A stretch of 62,823 bases of DNA, filler included, from Chlamydiia bacterium (GCA_903848235.1; 9 parts of 9 records of this genome joined end to end with filler, not necessarily neighbours in it), one strand, 5' to 3'; shown: positions 51,392-61,744, numbered from the whole stretch's first letter. The notes: generated by a model not told the origin, from the sequence alone. A program made the numbers and translations.

Positions 51392-51901
51392 CTATTTCTT
51401 TTTGCAGCACATTTCTAAATCGCGTTTGAGGTCTTCTAGATCCTGTTCATGCTCGATTTCTTCTTTGAGGATCTTTTCAATCATCCGTTGGGTGATAGGA
51501 TCCTTGTCTTTGATGAAATCGAGGATTTTGTAGTACACGCTGATGGCGCACTGCTCGCCTTTGATATTTTGGTCAAGCAGCGTACGGATGTCTGGATCTT
51601 TCGGAGGAAGATATCGGCAATTTGCCTGTTCATACCAGAGTTTAGGTTCGAGAACAGGAATGCCGCCTAATTGGATAATACGCTCTGCCAGCATGTCGGC
51701 ATGCTTGAGCTCTTCTTGCGCATGTTCTTCAAGTTCATCGACAACTTCTCCTTTCGGCACTCCTGCTGCTACCTTGGCGCCAATCCAGTATTGGTAGTAG
51801 GCGAGCCACTCATCGGCATAGGCTTTGTTCAGTAATGTCACTAATTCTGGCACCTTGATTCCTGCGGCTTTTACTGCTTCGCGAGCTCTTGTTCCCATCA
51901 C
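51392..51901 (-). CDS. Ferritin-like DPSL/bacterioferritin-related protein
   Basis: AYADEWLAYYQYW, EELKHA..RI.QLGG, GEQCAI and EEIEHE motifs. Confidence 0.88.
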   Translation of the reverse strand: MMGTRAREAVKAAGIKVPELVTLLNKAYADEWLAYYQYWIGAKVAAGVPKGEVVDELEEHAQEELKHADMLAERIIQLGGIPVLEPKLWYEQANCRYLPPKDPDIRTLLDQNIKGEQCAISVYYKILDFIKDKDPITQRMIEKILKEEIEHEQDLEDLKRDLEMCCKKK

Positions 51902-51942
51902 TATTCTCCTTTTTTTGGCTTAATGTCTTGATGTCGCACCAA

Positions 51943-52106
51943 TATACCCAAACAAGTTGAAGAATTGGTTTTTGCCTTAGCCGAAAACCCCATCATCGAA
52001 TCTGAAGAAACAGCCCCTATAGCAAAAGTTAACCCTGTTTTTTCGGAATCGAATCTGTGGCATGCGGCGTTGGCTAATTCCCCATTCTTCACCTTGTTTG
52101 GGTATA
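51943..52106. mobile_element. MITE-B, intact 164-bp palindromic element
   Basis: Terminal inverted repeats TATACCCAAACAAGTTGAAGAAT and ATTCTTCACCTTGTTTGGGTATA. Confidence 0.88.
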
Positions 52107-52301
52107 GAGGGTGCTGTCGCACGTTCTTCTGATTTCTAACATATTTTTGAACAGTTTAGCAAATGTTCTTCTCGCTGTTGTGTTGACGGATAGGCCTGAT
52201 GTGTGGAGAACCCTTTACAATATTCGGTAACTCATCTATTGAATGTTCGATATTTCTAACACAAGAGGCTTTTGCAAAAGCCTCACAAGGGGGAGGTTTT
52301 C

Positions 52302-53291
52302 ATGGAGCAGCGTCAACTGGGAAGTTCTCACATCTATGTATCGCCAATCATCCTGGGGACATGGGCGATTGGTGGATGGATGTGGGGGGGGACGGATGAA
52401 AAAGAAGCCATTAAGGCTATCCGTGCGAGCATCGACGCTGGTGTTACGACGATTGATACAGCGGCTATCTATGGATTTGGCATGAGCGAACAGATTGTGG
52501 GTCATGCGATCAAGGGACGGCGAGATGAAGTTGTCATTGCGACAAAGTGTGGCATGCGGTGGGATTCCCATGAAGGCTCTGACCCATGGCCACAGAAAGA
52601 CATGCATGGAAAGGAGGTCATCATCAGAAAGAATTCAAGGCCGGCGAGCATTATCCATGAGTGTGAGCAGAGCTTGAAGCGGCTTGGTGTTGATGTTATT
52701 GACCTCTACCAACTTCACTGGCCAGATTCTACCACTCCTTTTGAAGAGTCGTGGAGTGCCATGGTGCAGCTTCAGCATGAGGGGAAGGTGCGGGCCATCG
52801 GTGTGAGTAACTACAGTGTAGAACAGGTGAAACGATGCTATGATGTTCGCCATGTCGACAGCATTCAGCCACCCTACAGCTTGATGAGACGTGGAATCGA
52901 AAAGGACCTTGTGCCATTCTGCCAACGGCATCAGATTGGGATTTTGGCCTATTCTCCTCTTGAGAGGGGGCTTCTCACAGGAAGGGTGAGTGTAAATCGA
53001 GAGTTTCCGAAGGGGGACCACCGACGTGAGCTTGAGATTTTCTCTCCAGAAAACAGACAGCGGGTGCTTGATGCTCTTGAGGAGATTCGTCCTATTGCAG
53101 AGCGTCATAAAGCAACGGTGTCGCAGGTCGTCTTGAATTGTACGATTCATATGCCCGGGATTACAGCGGCTATTGTTGGCGCCCGTGGCCCGGACCAAGC
53201 GTTGGAAAATGCCAAGGCAGCAGAGCTTGCGTTAACGCGTGAAGAGCGACTTCAGGTCATCTCGACCCTGAGCACGCTCGCTATTCACTAA
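52302..53291 (+). CDS. Aldo/keto reductase
   Basis: LGTWAIGG, IDTAAIYG, IATKCG, IDLYQLHWPD, IGVSN and AYSPL motifs. Confidence 0.95.
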   Translation: MEQRQLGSSHIYVSPIILGTWAIGGWMWGGTDEKEAIKAIRASIDAGVTTIDTAAIYGFGMSEQIVGHAIKGRRDEVVIATKCGMRWDSHEGSDPWPQKDMHGKEVIIRKNSRPASIIHECEQSLKRLGVDVIDLYQLHWPDSTTPFEESWSAMVQLQHEGKVRAIGVSNYSVEQVKRCYDVRHVDSIQPPYSLMRRGIEKDLVPFCQRHQIGILAYSPLERGLLTGRVSVNREFPKGDHRRELEIFSPENRQRVLDALEEIRPIAERHKATVSQVVLNCTIHMPGITAAIVGARGPDQALENAKAAELALTREERLQVISTLSTLAIH

Positions 53292-53373
53292 TCCCAAGAG
53301 AGGAAAAGCACCAGTTAAAAAAATGTAGAGAGGCTTTTGCAAAACTCACGCGATTTTTGAAAAAGCCTCAGGA

Positions 53374-53416
53374 CTGGACTTTAGCATTTTTTGGGCACCC
53401 CAGTTCGCAGAGCGTG
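53374..53416. mobile_element. MITE-A end fragment
   Basis: ctggactttagcattttttgggcaccccagttcgcagag. Confidence 0.85.
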
Positions 53417-53514
53417 TCCAGAAATAGATAGCGCAAATACTAATGATATTCTATTCTCTCACAAGTTATTTCTGTTTTAGTAAGCGAAATCAATATTTTT
53501 ACAATGGTATTTAT

Positions 53515-54747
53515 ATGTCGGCATCTCTTTTAGCTAGGGCGTTAAGCGACCAGTCGGAAAAATTTTGTACTGGACGAGACGCTCTTTTTGAAGCTATTCA
53601 ATGTTCAAATACTGGGGATCATCGAAGGATATCCGAAATCTTACGATTTTTGAAACAAACCTATGATACCAGTCTGGCCAAGAGTTTCCCAACAGAGGTG
53701 TATAGAGTATTAAAGACAGCTTCCAAAATTGCGGACCCTCAAGTTCAAGAGATTATCCACAATTGCGATTCTCGAATACTCTTTAAGCAGTATGAAGTGG
53801 CGGTTGCAATTGCTCGTCCAAAAAAATCTTTTTCCGTTGCTGATGGAGAAGGTGGAGAGGTGCGCGTGAACTCTACTGCGGTTCGGCTTTTTTTCCCTGA
53901 GCTGATGAATGCAGCGAGAAATTTCTTTAAAGCAAACGCTTCTTCGGCCGCCCCAGCTGAAGAACTAGTAAGTAAGCCAATTCCAGAACGGGGCAAACCT
54001 ATTGAACCCCCTCTAAAAAGACCAAAAGGCGGAGAGGCTAAGCCGCAAGACGAAAAAGCAGCCCCTCTCCCCGCCCCTAAACACATAATTACGAAAGATT
54101 TTTTTCCATTTCTCTGTGGAAACGCTTTGAAGGGTCTGCTCTCTGGTTGCGGGGTGCCAATGCCTCAATTGAGTGTGACAGAAACACTGCAGGCTCTGGC
54201 TGCGGCAAAATTAGTTGAATCTCAGAATCCGCATTCTAAAAATACTGTGTCGGAATCTTTTTTTCATGGAGTGCGGGATTTCCTTACCCGTGAGGATTTA
54301 GAAAAACCGTGCTCTATCCCAAAGGAAGGGATGGCATTACTTGCCTATACCATCGCTTCCTCAAAAGCTCTCGACCACAGTGGGGAGGGGGAAGACACTC
54401 CTTCTGGAGTGCTTGATGTGGGATCAGAAGAGATGAACGGTGTTTTGGCCTCTTTTGCTTGCCTCACTAAAAGGCAAGTTGAGGAAATAATGACATCATA
54501 TAAAAGACTCTTGCTATCTCCAGAAATGATGACAAAGCTTTGCCAAAATAGCATTTTTTTTGCTGCTATTTCTCAATGCGATGAACTTCGCTGTATTACA
54601 ACTCGCAGGTATACTGGTGATGAGACAGACCTCATGTTGATGATGCAAAACCAAAAATTGAATAGGCTTAGTTGGGAAATTCGTAAGATCGGGAGAGAGG
54701 GACGTGAGTTTTTCGAGCAGATCCAGCATAGGGATGCTGTCCAATAG
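53515..54747 (+). CDS. Hypothetical protein
   Basis: About 410-aa ORF with a P/K-rich linker; no motif recognised. Confidence 0.6.
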   Translation: MSASLLARALSDQSEKFCTGRDALFEAIQCSNTGDHRRISEILRFLKQTYDTSLAKSFPTEVYRVLKTASKIADPQVQEIIHNCDSRILFKQYEVAVAIARPKKSFSVADGEGGEVRVNSTAVRLFFPELMNAARNFFKANASSAAPAEELVSKPIPERGKPIEPPLKRPKGGEAKPQDEKAAPLPAPKHIITKDFFPFLCGNALKGLLSGCGVPMPQLSVTETLQALAAAKLVESQNPHSKNTVSESFFHGVRDFLTREDLEKPCSIPKEGMALLAYTIASSKALDHSGEGEDTPSGVLDVGSEEMNGVLASFACLTKRQVEEIMTSYKRLLLSPEMMTKLCQNSIFFAAISQCDELRCITTRRYTGDETDLMLMMQNQKLNRLSWEIRKIGREGREFFEQIQHRDAVQ

Positions 54748-54749
54748 CA

Positions 54750-55487
54750 TCAAATTAATGTAGAGAAAAAACGAATAGCAACGGTTCCGATAGCCATGAG
54801 AAGGCCTCCGAGAGGCATGAAAACATAGCTTGCGGCATTTCGTGCGCCGACGCCGAGGTAGGCCGCCCGTTGCTGTTCTGGAATTCTTTGTAAGTCAACT
54901 GGATGGTAGCCTCTTTCAGGGCCAATAACCTTTTGGAATCTCCGATCCAATATCGCCCGTCGTTCTGGCGCCTTCCACTCATGCTCTTTCTCGGCCGCCT
55001 TCCACTGCGATAGGAGGCAGACGCCCAGATCAAGCGCTATGGCAAATGGCGTTAACTGCAGTGCGCTGATAGCAACGAGGTTGCTCGCTTGTGCTGCCAG
55101 AGCCAACCCAACGCCAGCGATCAGCCCTTCCCTCCACGTGGCGTGGATGCCCCAGACAATTCCGTTGACCGTAGGGTTCTCCGTTGCCAACAGACGGCGA
55201 TGGAACGGCGTATGGCCGACGGTGAAGTAATGGATACACTGTCGACAGGCGAGTTGATCATTGGCGATTCCGTAGCCGACGGCTGTAAGAACACCAAGAG
55301 CGATGATTTGAATGGTTGGGGCGAGGGGGAATGACACAACGAATGGAAGGGCATAGGCAGCGCATGAGAGAACAGTGGCGGCCACCCCTGGCCAATACAT
55401 CTCTGGATGGCCCTCGTTTATGTCAGGAGGATCGAAATCGTGTATCGGTGGTTGGGCGGAGGCGGCGAGTGGATCAGCTTTTGTCAT
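54750..55487 (-). CDS. Hypothetical membrane protein
   Basis: Several hydrophobic segments; GYGIANDQ..C..YFTVGH..GIHATW. Confidence 0.65.
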   Translation of the reverse strand: MTKADPLAASAQPPIHDFDPPDINEGHPEMYWPGVAATVLSCAAYALPFVVSFPLAPTIQIIALGVLTAVGYGIANDQLACRQCIHYFTVGHTPFHRRLLATENPTVNGIVWGIHATWREGLIAGVGLALAAQASNLVAISALQLTPFAIALDLGVCLLSQWKAAEKEHEWKAPERRAILDRRFQKVIGPERGYHPVDLQRIPEQQRAAYLGVGARNAASYVFMPLGGLLMAIGTVAIRFFSTLI

Positions 55488-55637
55488 ATGTCTTCCTTTG
55501 ATGGGCTAGAAGAAAAAAAAGGATACGGGATCATTTGCAATCTCAACAATTTGAATTTCTAGGAAGTAATTTTCTTTGAAGGCAATATTTGACTGGTGTT
55601 AAAGTCTTTGTTTCGTTGCGCTAGGAGTGTAAGGCTT

Positions 55638-56828
55638 ATGTCCGAAGAAGCTCAAATCTCACGTCTGCTCACTCATCGCGTTGATGAAGTGATTGTAAAA
55701 GACAACCTGGAATCAAGACTGAAATCAGGTCGCAAACTCCGTATCAAACTCGGTGCTGATCCCTCAAGGCCGGATCTGCATCTTGGCCATGCTGTTGTTT
55801 TAGGCAAGCTCAAGGAATTTCAGGAGTTAGGACATCAGGTGGTGTTTCTCATTGGAGATTTCACCGCAAGGATCGGAGACCCTTCCGGCAAGTCCAAGAC
55901 GCGTCCGATGCTCAGCGACGATGACATCAAAAGCAATGCTGCAACCTATTTTAGGCAAGTAGGCCGTATTCTCGACATTTCCAAATGTGAGATTCGCTAT
56001 AACTCTGAGTGGCTCTCACAGTTGACCGCGGCAGAGTTCATCGACCTCTCCTCCAAATTTACCGTTGCTCGTATCTTAGAGCGAGATGATTTCACCAATC
56101 GCTTTCGAAACCAGACGGATATCTACATCCATGAGCTGCTCTATCCGATGTTGCAAGCCTACGATTCAATCATCCTTCGGGCTGATGTCGAGATAGGCGG
56201 CACAGATCAGAAGTTCAATATGCTCGCTGGCAGAGATTTGGCACGGAGAGCGGGAACGTTGGAACAGGATGTTATCACCTGTTCGATTCTTGTTGGGACT
56301 GACGGCGTTCACAAGATGTCAAAATCGCTCAACAATTATATTGCCATTGAAGATTCTGCCGAGCAGATGTTTGGAAAGACGATGTCAATCCCCGACACTG
56401 CCCTGACAAATTGGATGGAGTTAGTCTCCGACTATGACCGAGCTATGGTGGTGCAAGAACGGACAGCTCTTGAAGCAGGTGCCAATCCTCGTGATGTGAA
56501 GATGCGTCTTGCAACACGAATAACGGCTATGTACCACGGCGACGATGCCGCCATAGCGGCTCAGCAGGAGTTTGTCAGTCGCTTTCAGAAGAAGCTGTTG
56601 CCAACGGAAATCCCTGAAAAAATCGTTCTCAACGATCAGGCAGCAATGGCTCTTTGTGCAGATCTTTTTGCTCTTTCGAAATCTGAGGCTCGTCGTCTTA
56701 TTGAACAGGGAGGGATCCGGTTCGACGGTTCACCGTTGGAAAACCCTCTGATGCATGTCCATATTCCCCCTGAAGGGATGGTGGTGAATAAGGGAAAGCT
56801 TCATTTTGTGCGAATTAAGGCACAATAG
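55638..56828 (+). CDS. tyrS: Tyrosine--tRNA ligase
   Basis: KLGADPSRPDLHLGH, YPMLQAYD, GGTDQKFN and KMSKS motifs; C-terminal S4 domain. Confidence 0.96.
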   Translation: MSEEAQISRLLTHRVDEVIVKDNLESRLKSGRKLRIKLGADPSRPDLHLGHAVVLGKLKEFQELGHQVVFLIGDFTARIGDPSGKSKTRPMLSDDDIKSNAATYFRQVGRILDISKCEIRYNSEWLSQLTAAEFIDLSSKFTVARILERDDFTNRFRNQTDIYIHELLYPMLQAYDSIILRADVEIGGTDQKFNMLAGRDLARRAGTLEQDVITCSILVGTDGVHKMSKSLNNYIAIEDSAEQMFGKTMSIPDTALTNWMELVSDYDRAMVVQERTALEAGANPRDVKMRLATRITAMYHGDDAAIAAQQEFVSRFQKKLLPTEIPEKIVLNDQAAMALCADLFALSKSEARRLIEQGGIRFDGSPLENPLMHVHIPPEGMVVNKGKLHFVRIKAQ

Positions 56829-57513
56829 CCACCATCCGTACTGGAGCTTCTGTTCCCTTCTCAATTTTCATTGGGAGGATGATGACGAAGGCACCGACAG
56901 CTGGCAACCGGTTCCCATTGGCGATGTTTTCTACGATGTATCTGTTCGCTTGCAAAAACATCTTGTGGATAGCGTATTCATTGCTATGGGAGTCTGGAGA
57001 GAGGGTGTCAATGCCGATGCCTACTACGTCTCTTTTGATGAGGAATTCTGCAGCAGCTGTTGAGACGGTTGGAAAATGCATGACTCCCTTTGTATCTTCA
57101 TTGCGATAAGCGGCAGGGGTGTTCCAGCGAGTGCTCCATCCTGTATAGAGAATCACAAAGGATTTCGGAGGGATTTCTCCGTGGTCGGTTTCAAAAGCGA
57201 GTAGCTCCTGCTCTGAAACACTGTAGGTATTGGACGCCAGCTTAGAGACGTCGATCATCACTGCTGGCACCATCAATTTTTCTAAGGGGATATCGTTGAC
57301 GCAGAGGCCTCCTTCACAGCAGTGGGCAGGGGCGTCGATGTGAGTGCCTATTCCGGCAGGAGTTGCCATCTGTTGTACGCGAAACTTCACGGGCGTTGTA
57401 CATTCTCCATAGTTGAGGGTTGTCTTTAGGTGGAAGCTGTCGTTGGTGTCCCAGGTAGCAATAGACTCGTTGATCGGTTGTGTCAGATCGATGATTTGTC
57501 CGTGAGGAAACAT
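56815..57513 (-). CDS. Cyclase-family (kynurenine formamidase-like) metal hydrolase
   Basis: GTHIDAPAH, GIDTLSPD, IVEN and GTEAPVR motifs. Confidence 0.88.
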   Translation of the reverse strand: MFPHGQIIDLTQPINESIATWDTNDSFHLKTTLNYGECTTPVKFRVQQMATPAGIGTHIDAPAHCCEGGLCVNDIPLEKLMVPAVMIDVSKLASNTYSVSEQELLAFETDHGEIPPKSFVILYTGWSTRWNTPAAYRNEDTKGVMHFPTVSTAAAEFLIKRDVVGIGIDTLSPDSHSNEYAIHKMFLQANRYIVENIANGNRLPAVGAFVIILPMKIEKGTEAPVRMVAIVP

Positions 57514-57543
57514 GCGTTCTCCATTCTGAAGGTTTTGGGGCCA

Positions 57544-57845
57544 TTATACCGTACTATTTGGAATTTCAAAAATAGGAGTATGGATAGCTCCTGTTGAGGT
57601 CAGCTCGCTTTTGATAAGAGTCAGATGACTAATGAGAAATGATTTCGGCTCGATAGGGATGGCAGAGAGCTGTTTGAGCAATGCTGTTCTATCGTGGACT
57701 GCCTTGACACGGGCCAAGAACCTGTCATCTGTTGGGAAGAGGGGGGAGAGTGCGTCGTCGATCTGCTGATGGAGATCCCGAAAGGCAGTGATAGGGTCTA
57801 CTCCAATCCAGACGACTCGGATCACCTTTTCAGAAAAGACTCCGA
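57544..57845 (-). pseudogene. thpR: C-terminal half of a 2H phosphoesterase (ThpR/LigT-like), interrupted by IS607
   Basis: LGVF..RVVWIGV and TLIKSELT..GAIH; second HxT motif missing (DDRF-LARVK); upstream part replaced by the IS end. Confidence 0.7.
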
Positions 57846-57985
57846 GGGTTCGTAGCAGCTCAATAAATTGTGGACTTTTATGGACAAAAATGGACTTTTT
57901 GTCTACATTTTGATTCATGAAAATATCAATTGGAAAAGCAGCAAGAGAGCTTGGCGTCACCACTAAGACGCTTCGCCGTTGGGAA
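57846..57985 (+). mobile_element. tnpA: IS607-family left end with the start of tnpA (ATG 57917), truncated by contig end
   Basis: One mismatch to 20978-21117; different left flank. Confidence 0.8.
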
Positions 57986-58085
57986 NNNNNNNNNNNNNNN
58001 NNNNNNNNNNNNNNNNNNNNNNNNNNNNNTTAATTAATTAANNNNNNNNNNNNNNNNNNNNNNNNNNNNNNNNNNNNNNNNNNNN

Positions 58086-58262
58086 GAGTTTGCCAAGGTG
58101 TCTGGATTCCAATGGTCCTATTTGTTTGTTTCATACATTGAGGAGAACTACGGGTGGGATAAACTCCTCCAAGTTTTGGCAAACTATAAGAAGTTTGAAG
58201 AGATCATAGGCATCTCTCCAAAAGCGTTATATCAGCAATGGTTAGACACAGCTGCAGCATAG
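58086..58262 (+). CDS. C-terminal fragment of an unknown (possibly peptidase MA-like) protein
   Basis: SYLFVSYIEENYGWDKLLQVL..LYQQW read manually. Confidence 0.45.
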   Translation, partial: EFAKVSGFQWSYLFVSYIEENYGWDKLLQVLANYKKFEEIIGISPKALYQQWLDTAAA

Positions 58263-58366
58263 CCGCTGTGAGAATAATATTTACCAGTTAGTCTGGAAGA
58301 GGCGGTTTGTTTCGCATTTGTTCCCTTACACATCTGCATTTAAATAGATGACAAATTTGATTTAAA

Positions 58367-59878
58367 ATGGACATTCTTCGTTTCTTTCTCTCGTGTACCT
58401 TCTTTCTATTTCTTCATTCACCCGCTTTTGGAGAAACCATGCTCTCAGAACATGACATTGACGATCTTGCGAAAAAAGCAATCACAGAATGGGATATACC
58501 AGGTCTTGGGCTAGCCATCGTGCACAACGGAAAGCCGCTGCGAGTCTGCGGCTACGGCACAAAGAAAAGAGGGTCGCCAGATCCTGTCACAGAAAAGACC
58601 GTTTTTCAAATTGCCTCTTTAACAAAAGCATTCACCGCTGCCACGGTTGGAATGCTCGTAGAAGAAGGCAAGCTGGAATGGGAAAAGCCAATTAAGGATT
58701 ACCTACCTTCTTTTCAGCTCAAAGATCAGTATGCCTCTCATGAAATGACACTCAGAGACCTTCTCTCCCACAGAACAGGATTGCCGGGAACGTCAAAAGA
58801 GTGCTGGAGGTTGTGGTATCACACCGGTCGCTCAACAGAGGATCTTATTCAACGTCTTCAATATGTCGACCCCGCCTATTCTTTTCGCTCACACTATAGC
58901 TACAACAACATGGCCTATGTGGTTGTCTCAAAGGTTGTTGAGAAAGTGTCTGGCATGCCCTGGACACAGTTTTGTGAAAAACGGATTTTCGCGCCTCTAG
59001 GGATGTCCAGGACAAATCTCTCCTATCACTTCTTGACACATGATAGCAATGTTGCCTCCGCGCACCTGATCCGTTCTCTCCAAGAGCGGCCTATACCATG
59101 GGAAAATTGGGAATGTATGGCAGCGGCAGGAGGTATCAATAGCTCTGCCACAGATATGGCCGCCTGGCTTCTCTATTGTTTGTCTTCTCCGAAAGCTCTC
59201 ACTGATGCACTAAAACCACAAACGCTGATGGAGCCAGAAGGCTTTCTCGATCCCATTATAGGAATTACCTGGCCCATCTATGCCCATGAACAGAAATTTG
59301 TCAGCTACGGCTTTGGCTGGGGAATGTACAGCCTCGGTGGCAAGGCCGTCTTCTTCCACTTTGGCATGGTCGACGGCATACAGTCATTTCTTGCCATCGT
59401 TCCTGAAGAACAGCTAGGTATTGCTATTCTCACAAACCAGGCACCACACCAGGGGGCCGTCTGTCTTACGAATGAACTATTAGATCGTTTTTTGCACTGC
59501 CCTTCTATTGCATGGCATGAAAAGGGACATGCAGCGATGGCCGAAATGAATCGATCGCTAGAAACTCAGAAGGCTATGCGTCAGGAAATAAAACACCGAA
59601 GAGAGCCAACGTTGCCTTTAGAAGCGTATCTGGGGACCTACGAGCATCCGGCATACGGAACACTATGTATTGCTCTTGACAACGGTCAGCTTACCATAAC
59701 GCTATGGACACAGGAAAAGGGGGCTCTTAAAGCCTATGATGAGGACACCTTTGAAGTACACCAAATACCTTCTGCTGCCATGTGGACGCTTTCCTTTGAA
59801 AAGTCTGAAGATAAAAAGCAGATACAAGCGCTGAAAATTCCAGATCTTGGGGTTTTCGTAAAAAAAACCTCACTCTAG
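58367..59878 (+). CDS. Serine hydrolase (beta-lactamase/AmpC family) with DUF3471-like C-terminus
   Basis: Signal peptide; FQIASLTK (SxxK), LLSHRTG, YSYNN and YLGTYEHPAYG motifs. Confidence 0.92.
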   Translation: MDILRFFLSCTFFLFLHSPAFGETMLSEHDIDDLAKKAITEWDIPGLGLAIVHNGKPLRVCGYGTKKRGSPDPVTEKTVFQIASLTKAFTAATVGMLVEEGKLEWEKPIKDYLPSFQLKDQYASHEMTLRDLLSHRTGLPGTSKECWRLWYHTGRSTEDLIQRLQYVDPAYSFRSHYSYNNMAYVVVSKVVEKVSGMPWTQFCEKRIFAPLGMSRTNLSYHFLTHDSNVASAHLIRSLQERPIPWENWECMAAAGGINSSATDMAAWLLYCLSSPKALTDALKPQTLMEPEGFLDPIIGITWPIYAHEQKFVSYGFGWGMYSLGGKAVFFHFGMVDGIQSFLAIVPEEQLGIAILTNQAPHQGAVCLTNELLDRFLHCPSIAWHEKGHAAMAEMNRSLETQKAMRQEIKHRREPTLPLEAYLGTYEHPAYGTLCIALDNGQLTITLWTQEKGALKAYDEDTFEVHQIPSAAMWTLSFEKSEDKKQIQALKIPDLGVFVKKTSL

Positions 59879-59903
59879 AGGGACGAAAAACTGAGGGCCA
59901 ACG

Positions 59904-60827
59904 ATGAGGAAGACGAATCTCATTTCGGCAAAAAATAATAGCTATTATTTCGATGGCGTCTTTTCTGTTGGTGTCTACATAAAAAATCAACAGGCGATCT
60001 TGATCGATAGCGGCATCAGCAAAGATGTTGCCAAGGAGCTTGACAAAACGTTGTCACACGCTGGAATCCACGTGGCCGCTATCATCAATACTCATTGCCA
60101 CGGCGATCATTGCGGCGGAAATAACTTTTTCCAGCAAAAATATCCTCACCTGAAAATCTTTTGTACTGAAGCAGAACGTCCGTTCGTTGAGGATCCCCTG
60201 ATGGGGCCTATCGGCCTTTGTAATGGTGCTGCAGCATACGAAGAAATTCAAAAATGTAAGCCTATCACTCCGCAGCAAGGCTCAAAAGTCACGGACACCA
60301 TCACTCCATATCAAGATCAAACGATAACTATTTGTGGAGAGCCTTTCGAGATTATCACACTGCCAGGCCATACTCGAGGGATGATTGGGGTCAAAACCCC
60401 TGATAATGTTCTCTATTGTAGTGATGCTATTTTCGGTGAGGAAACGTTCAGAAAACACCGTATATTATACTATACCTTCATCGGTCAAGCACTGGGCTCG
60501 TTGAAAAAACTCAAGTCACTACTCCCCTCTACCGATGCTGTCATCATATACCATGGCGGCACTAGCCCTACTGTAGCAACGCTCATCGATGATCATGAGA
60601 AACGAATTCTTGATACCAAAAACATGGTTCTTTCAATGGTGCAAGAAGCTCCATGTTCCCTAGAGGAGATTACCTCTAAAGTCATGCGCATCCATTCAAT
60701 TCCAGACTCTCTTGTGGCCTATGCCCTGACAAAGACGCCTCTCCAGGCCTACATAGCTGAATTAGAACATGAGAAATTGATCAAAATTCGGGTTACTGAA
60801 GGCACCTGCCGTGCTCATATCAGCTGA
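59904..60827 (+). CDS. MBL-fold metallo-hydrolase
   Basis: LIDSG, THCHGDHCGG, LPGHT and YHG motifs. Confidence 0.9.
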   Translation: MRKTNLISAKNNSYYFDGVFSVGVYIKNQQAILIDSGISKDVAKELDKTLSHAGIHVAAIINTHCHGDHCGGNNFFQQKYPHLKIFCTEAERPFVEDPLMGPIGLCNGAAAYEEIQKCKPITPQQGSKVTDTITPYQDQTITICGEPFEIITLPGHTRGMIGVKTPDNVLYCSDAIFGEETFRKHRILYYTFIGQALGSLKKLKSLLPSTDAVIIYHGGTSPTVATLIDDHEKRILDTKNMVLSMVQEAPCSLEEITSKVMRIHSIPDSLVAYALTKTPLQAYIAELEHEKLIKIRVTEGTCRAHIS

Positions 60828-61006
60828 TCGATCACAGAGCGGCTGTCGTCCATAAAAGGCTCTTGAGAGAGTACCTCTATCCACAAATTCAAATGAGCTA
60901 TAATTGTTTCAATGTTCCTACGGGCCGCACTTTTCTGAACCAATCGACTAATGTTAATCCTTATTTTTAGCTGTTCAATATTTAGTGAACAGTAGAGGAG
61001 GGCATC

Positions 61007-61744
61007 ATGAAGGGTAAATTTTTGATACGTTCGAACGCGCCCCCCGCCCAAAGTAATATCTATGCCGATAAGTCAGCCCTTATTCTAAATTGGCTGTTAC
61101 AAGTTGGGGTGGACAAGGAAGGATTTTCGCTAAGAGAGGCGGCCAAGGACATAGGAGTAAGAACCGGTCTTGTGCAGCGTGTTTTTAAAGTATTGGTATT
61201 CAATGGAATTCTCCAGACTGAGGGAGTAAGAACCTCGAAAAAATTTTTTTTCGCGAATCCGCACATCCTTCTCAAAAACTGGCTACAACACTATAGTATC
61301 GTAAAAAAATGTAAGATGCTTACGTATCGCTCTGGGTTTCAAGGGAAGGAAGAACTTCTCGAGATATTAAAAAAATCAAACCTCCGTCAAAAAGTGGTGT
61401 TGGCTCTTCATTCCGCCGCTGATGCTCATGGATGTAAAAATACCAATTTAAACACTCTCGAATTATACCTGCTTGATCCAGCTGCCAGGACAGAGCTTGA
61501 AAATGTCCTACAATTAGAGCCTCAAGAAAGAGGATACGAGGTTTTGGTGATTGAGCCCTATTATAAGAGCATACTGAATCTCGGTATGGTTCTAGACAAA
61601 AATGTACGCACTAGTCCCGCCCTGTTAACTTTCTTAGATCTTTATCACTTCCCTCTTCGTGGGCTAGAACAAGCGGAATTTATGGCAGAACGCATCTCTG
61701 AGTTACGACGTATCTGCAAGAATGGTAAGCGCAATGGAATTTGA
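61007..61744 (+). CDS. Type IV TA antitoxin, AbiEi-like
   Basis: N-terminal HTH, LLKNW and TFLDLYHFPLRG.EQAE; overlaps the downstream nucleotidyltransferase start. Confidence 0.75.
   Translation: MKGKFLIRSNAPPAQSNIYADKSALILNWLLQVGVDKEGFSLREAAKDIGVRTGLVQRVFKVLVFNGILQTEGVRTSKKFFFANPHILLKNWLQHYSIVKKCKMLTYRSGFQGKEELLEILKKSNLRQKVVLALHSAADAHGCKNTNLNTLELYLLDPAARTELENVLQLEPQERGYEVLVIEPYYKSILNLGMVLDKNVRTSPALLTFLDLYHFPLRGLEQAEFMAERISELRRICKNGKRNGI

Noticed and set aside
1783..58085. Eight recurring TTAATTAATTAA motifs within N runs
   Set aside because: Artificial contig linkers; adjacency across them is not biological
563..61275. Many short ORFs antisense to or overlapping well-supported genes
   Set aside because: Shadow frames without motifs or RBS
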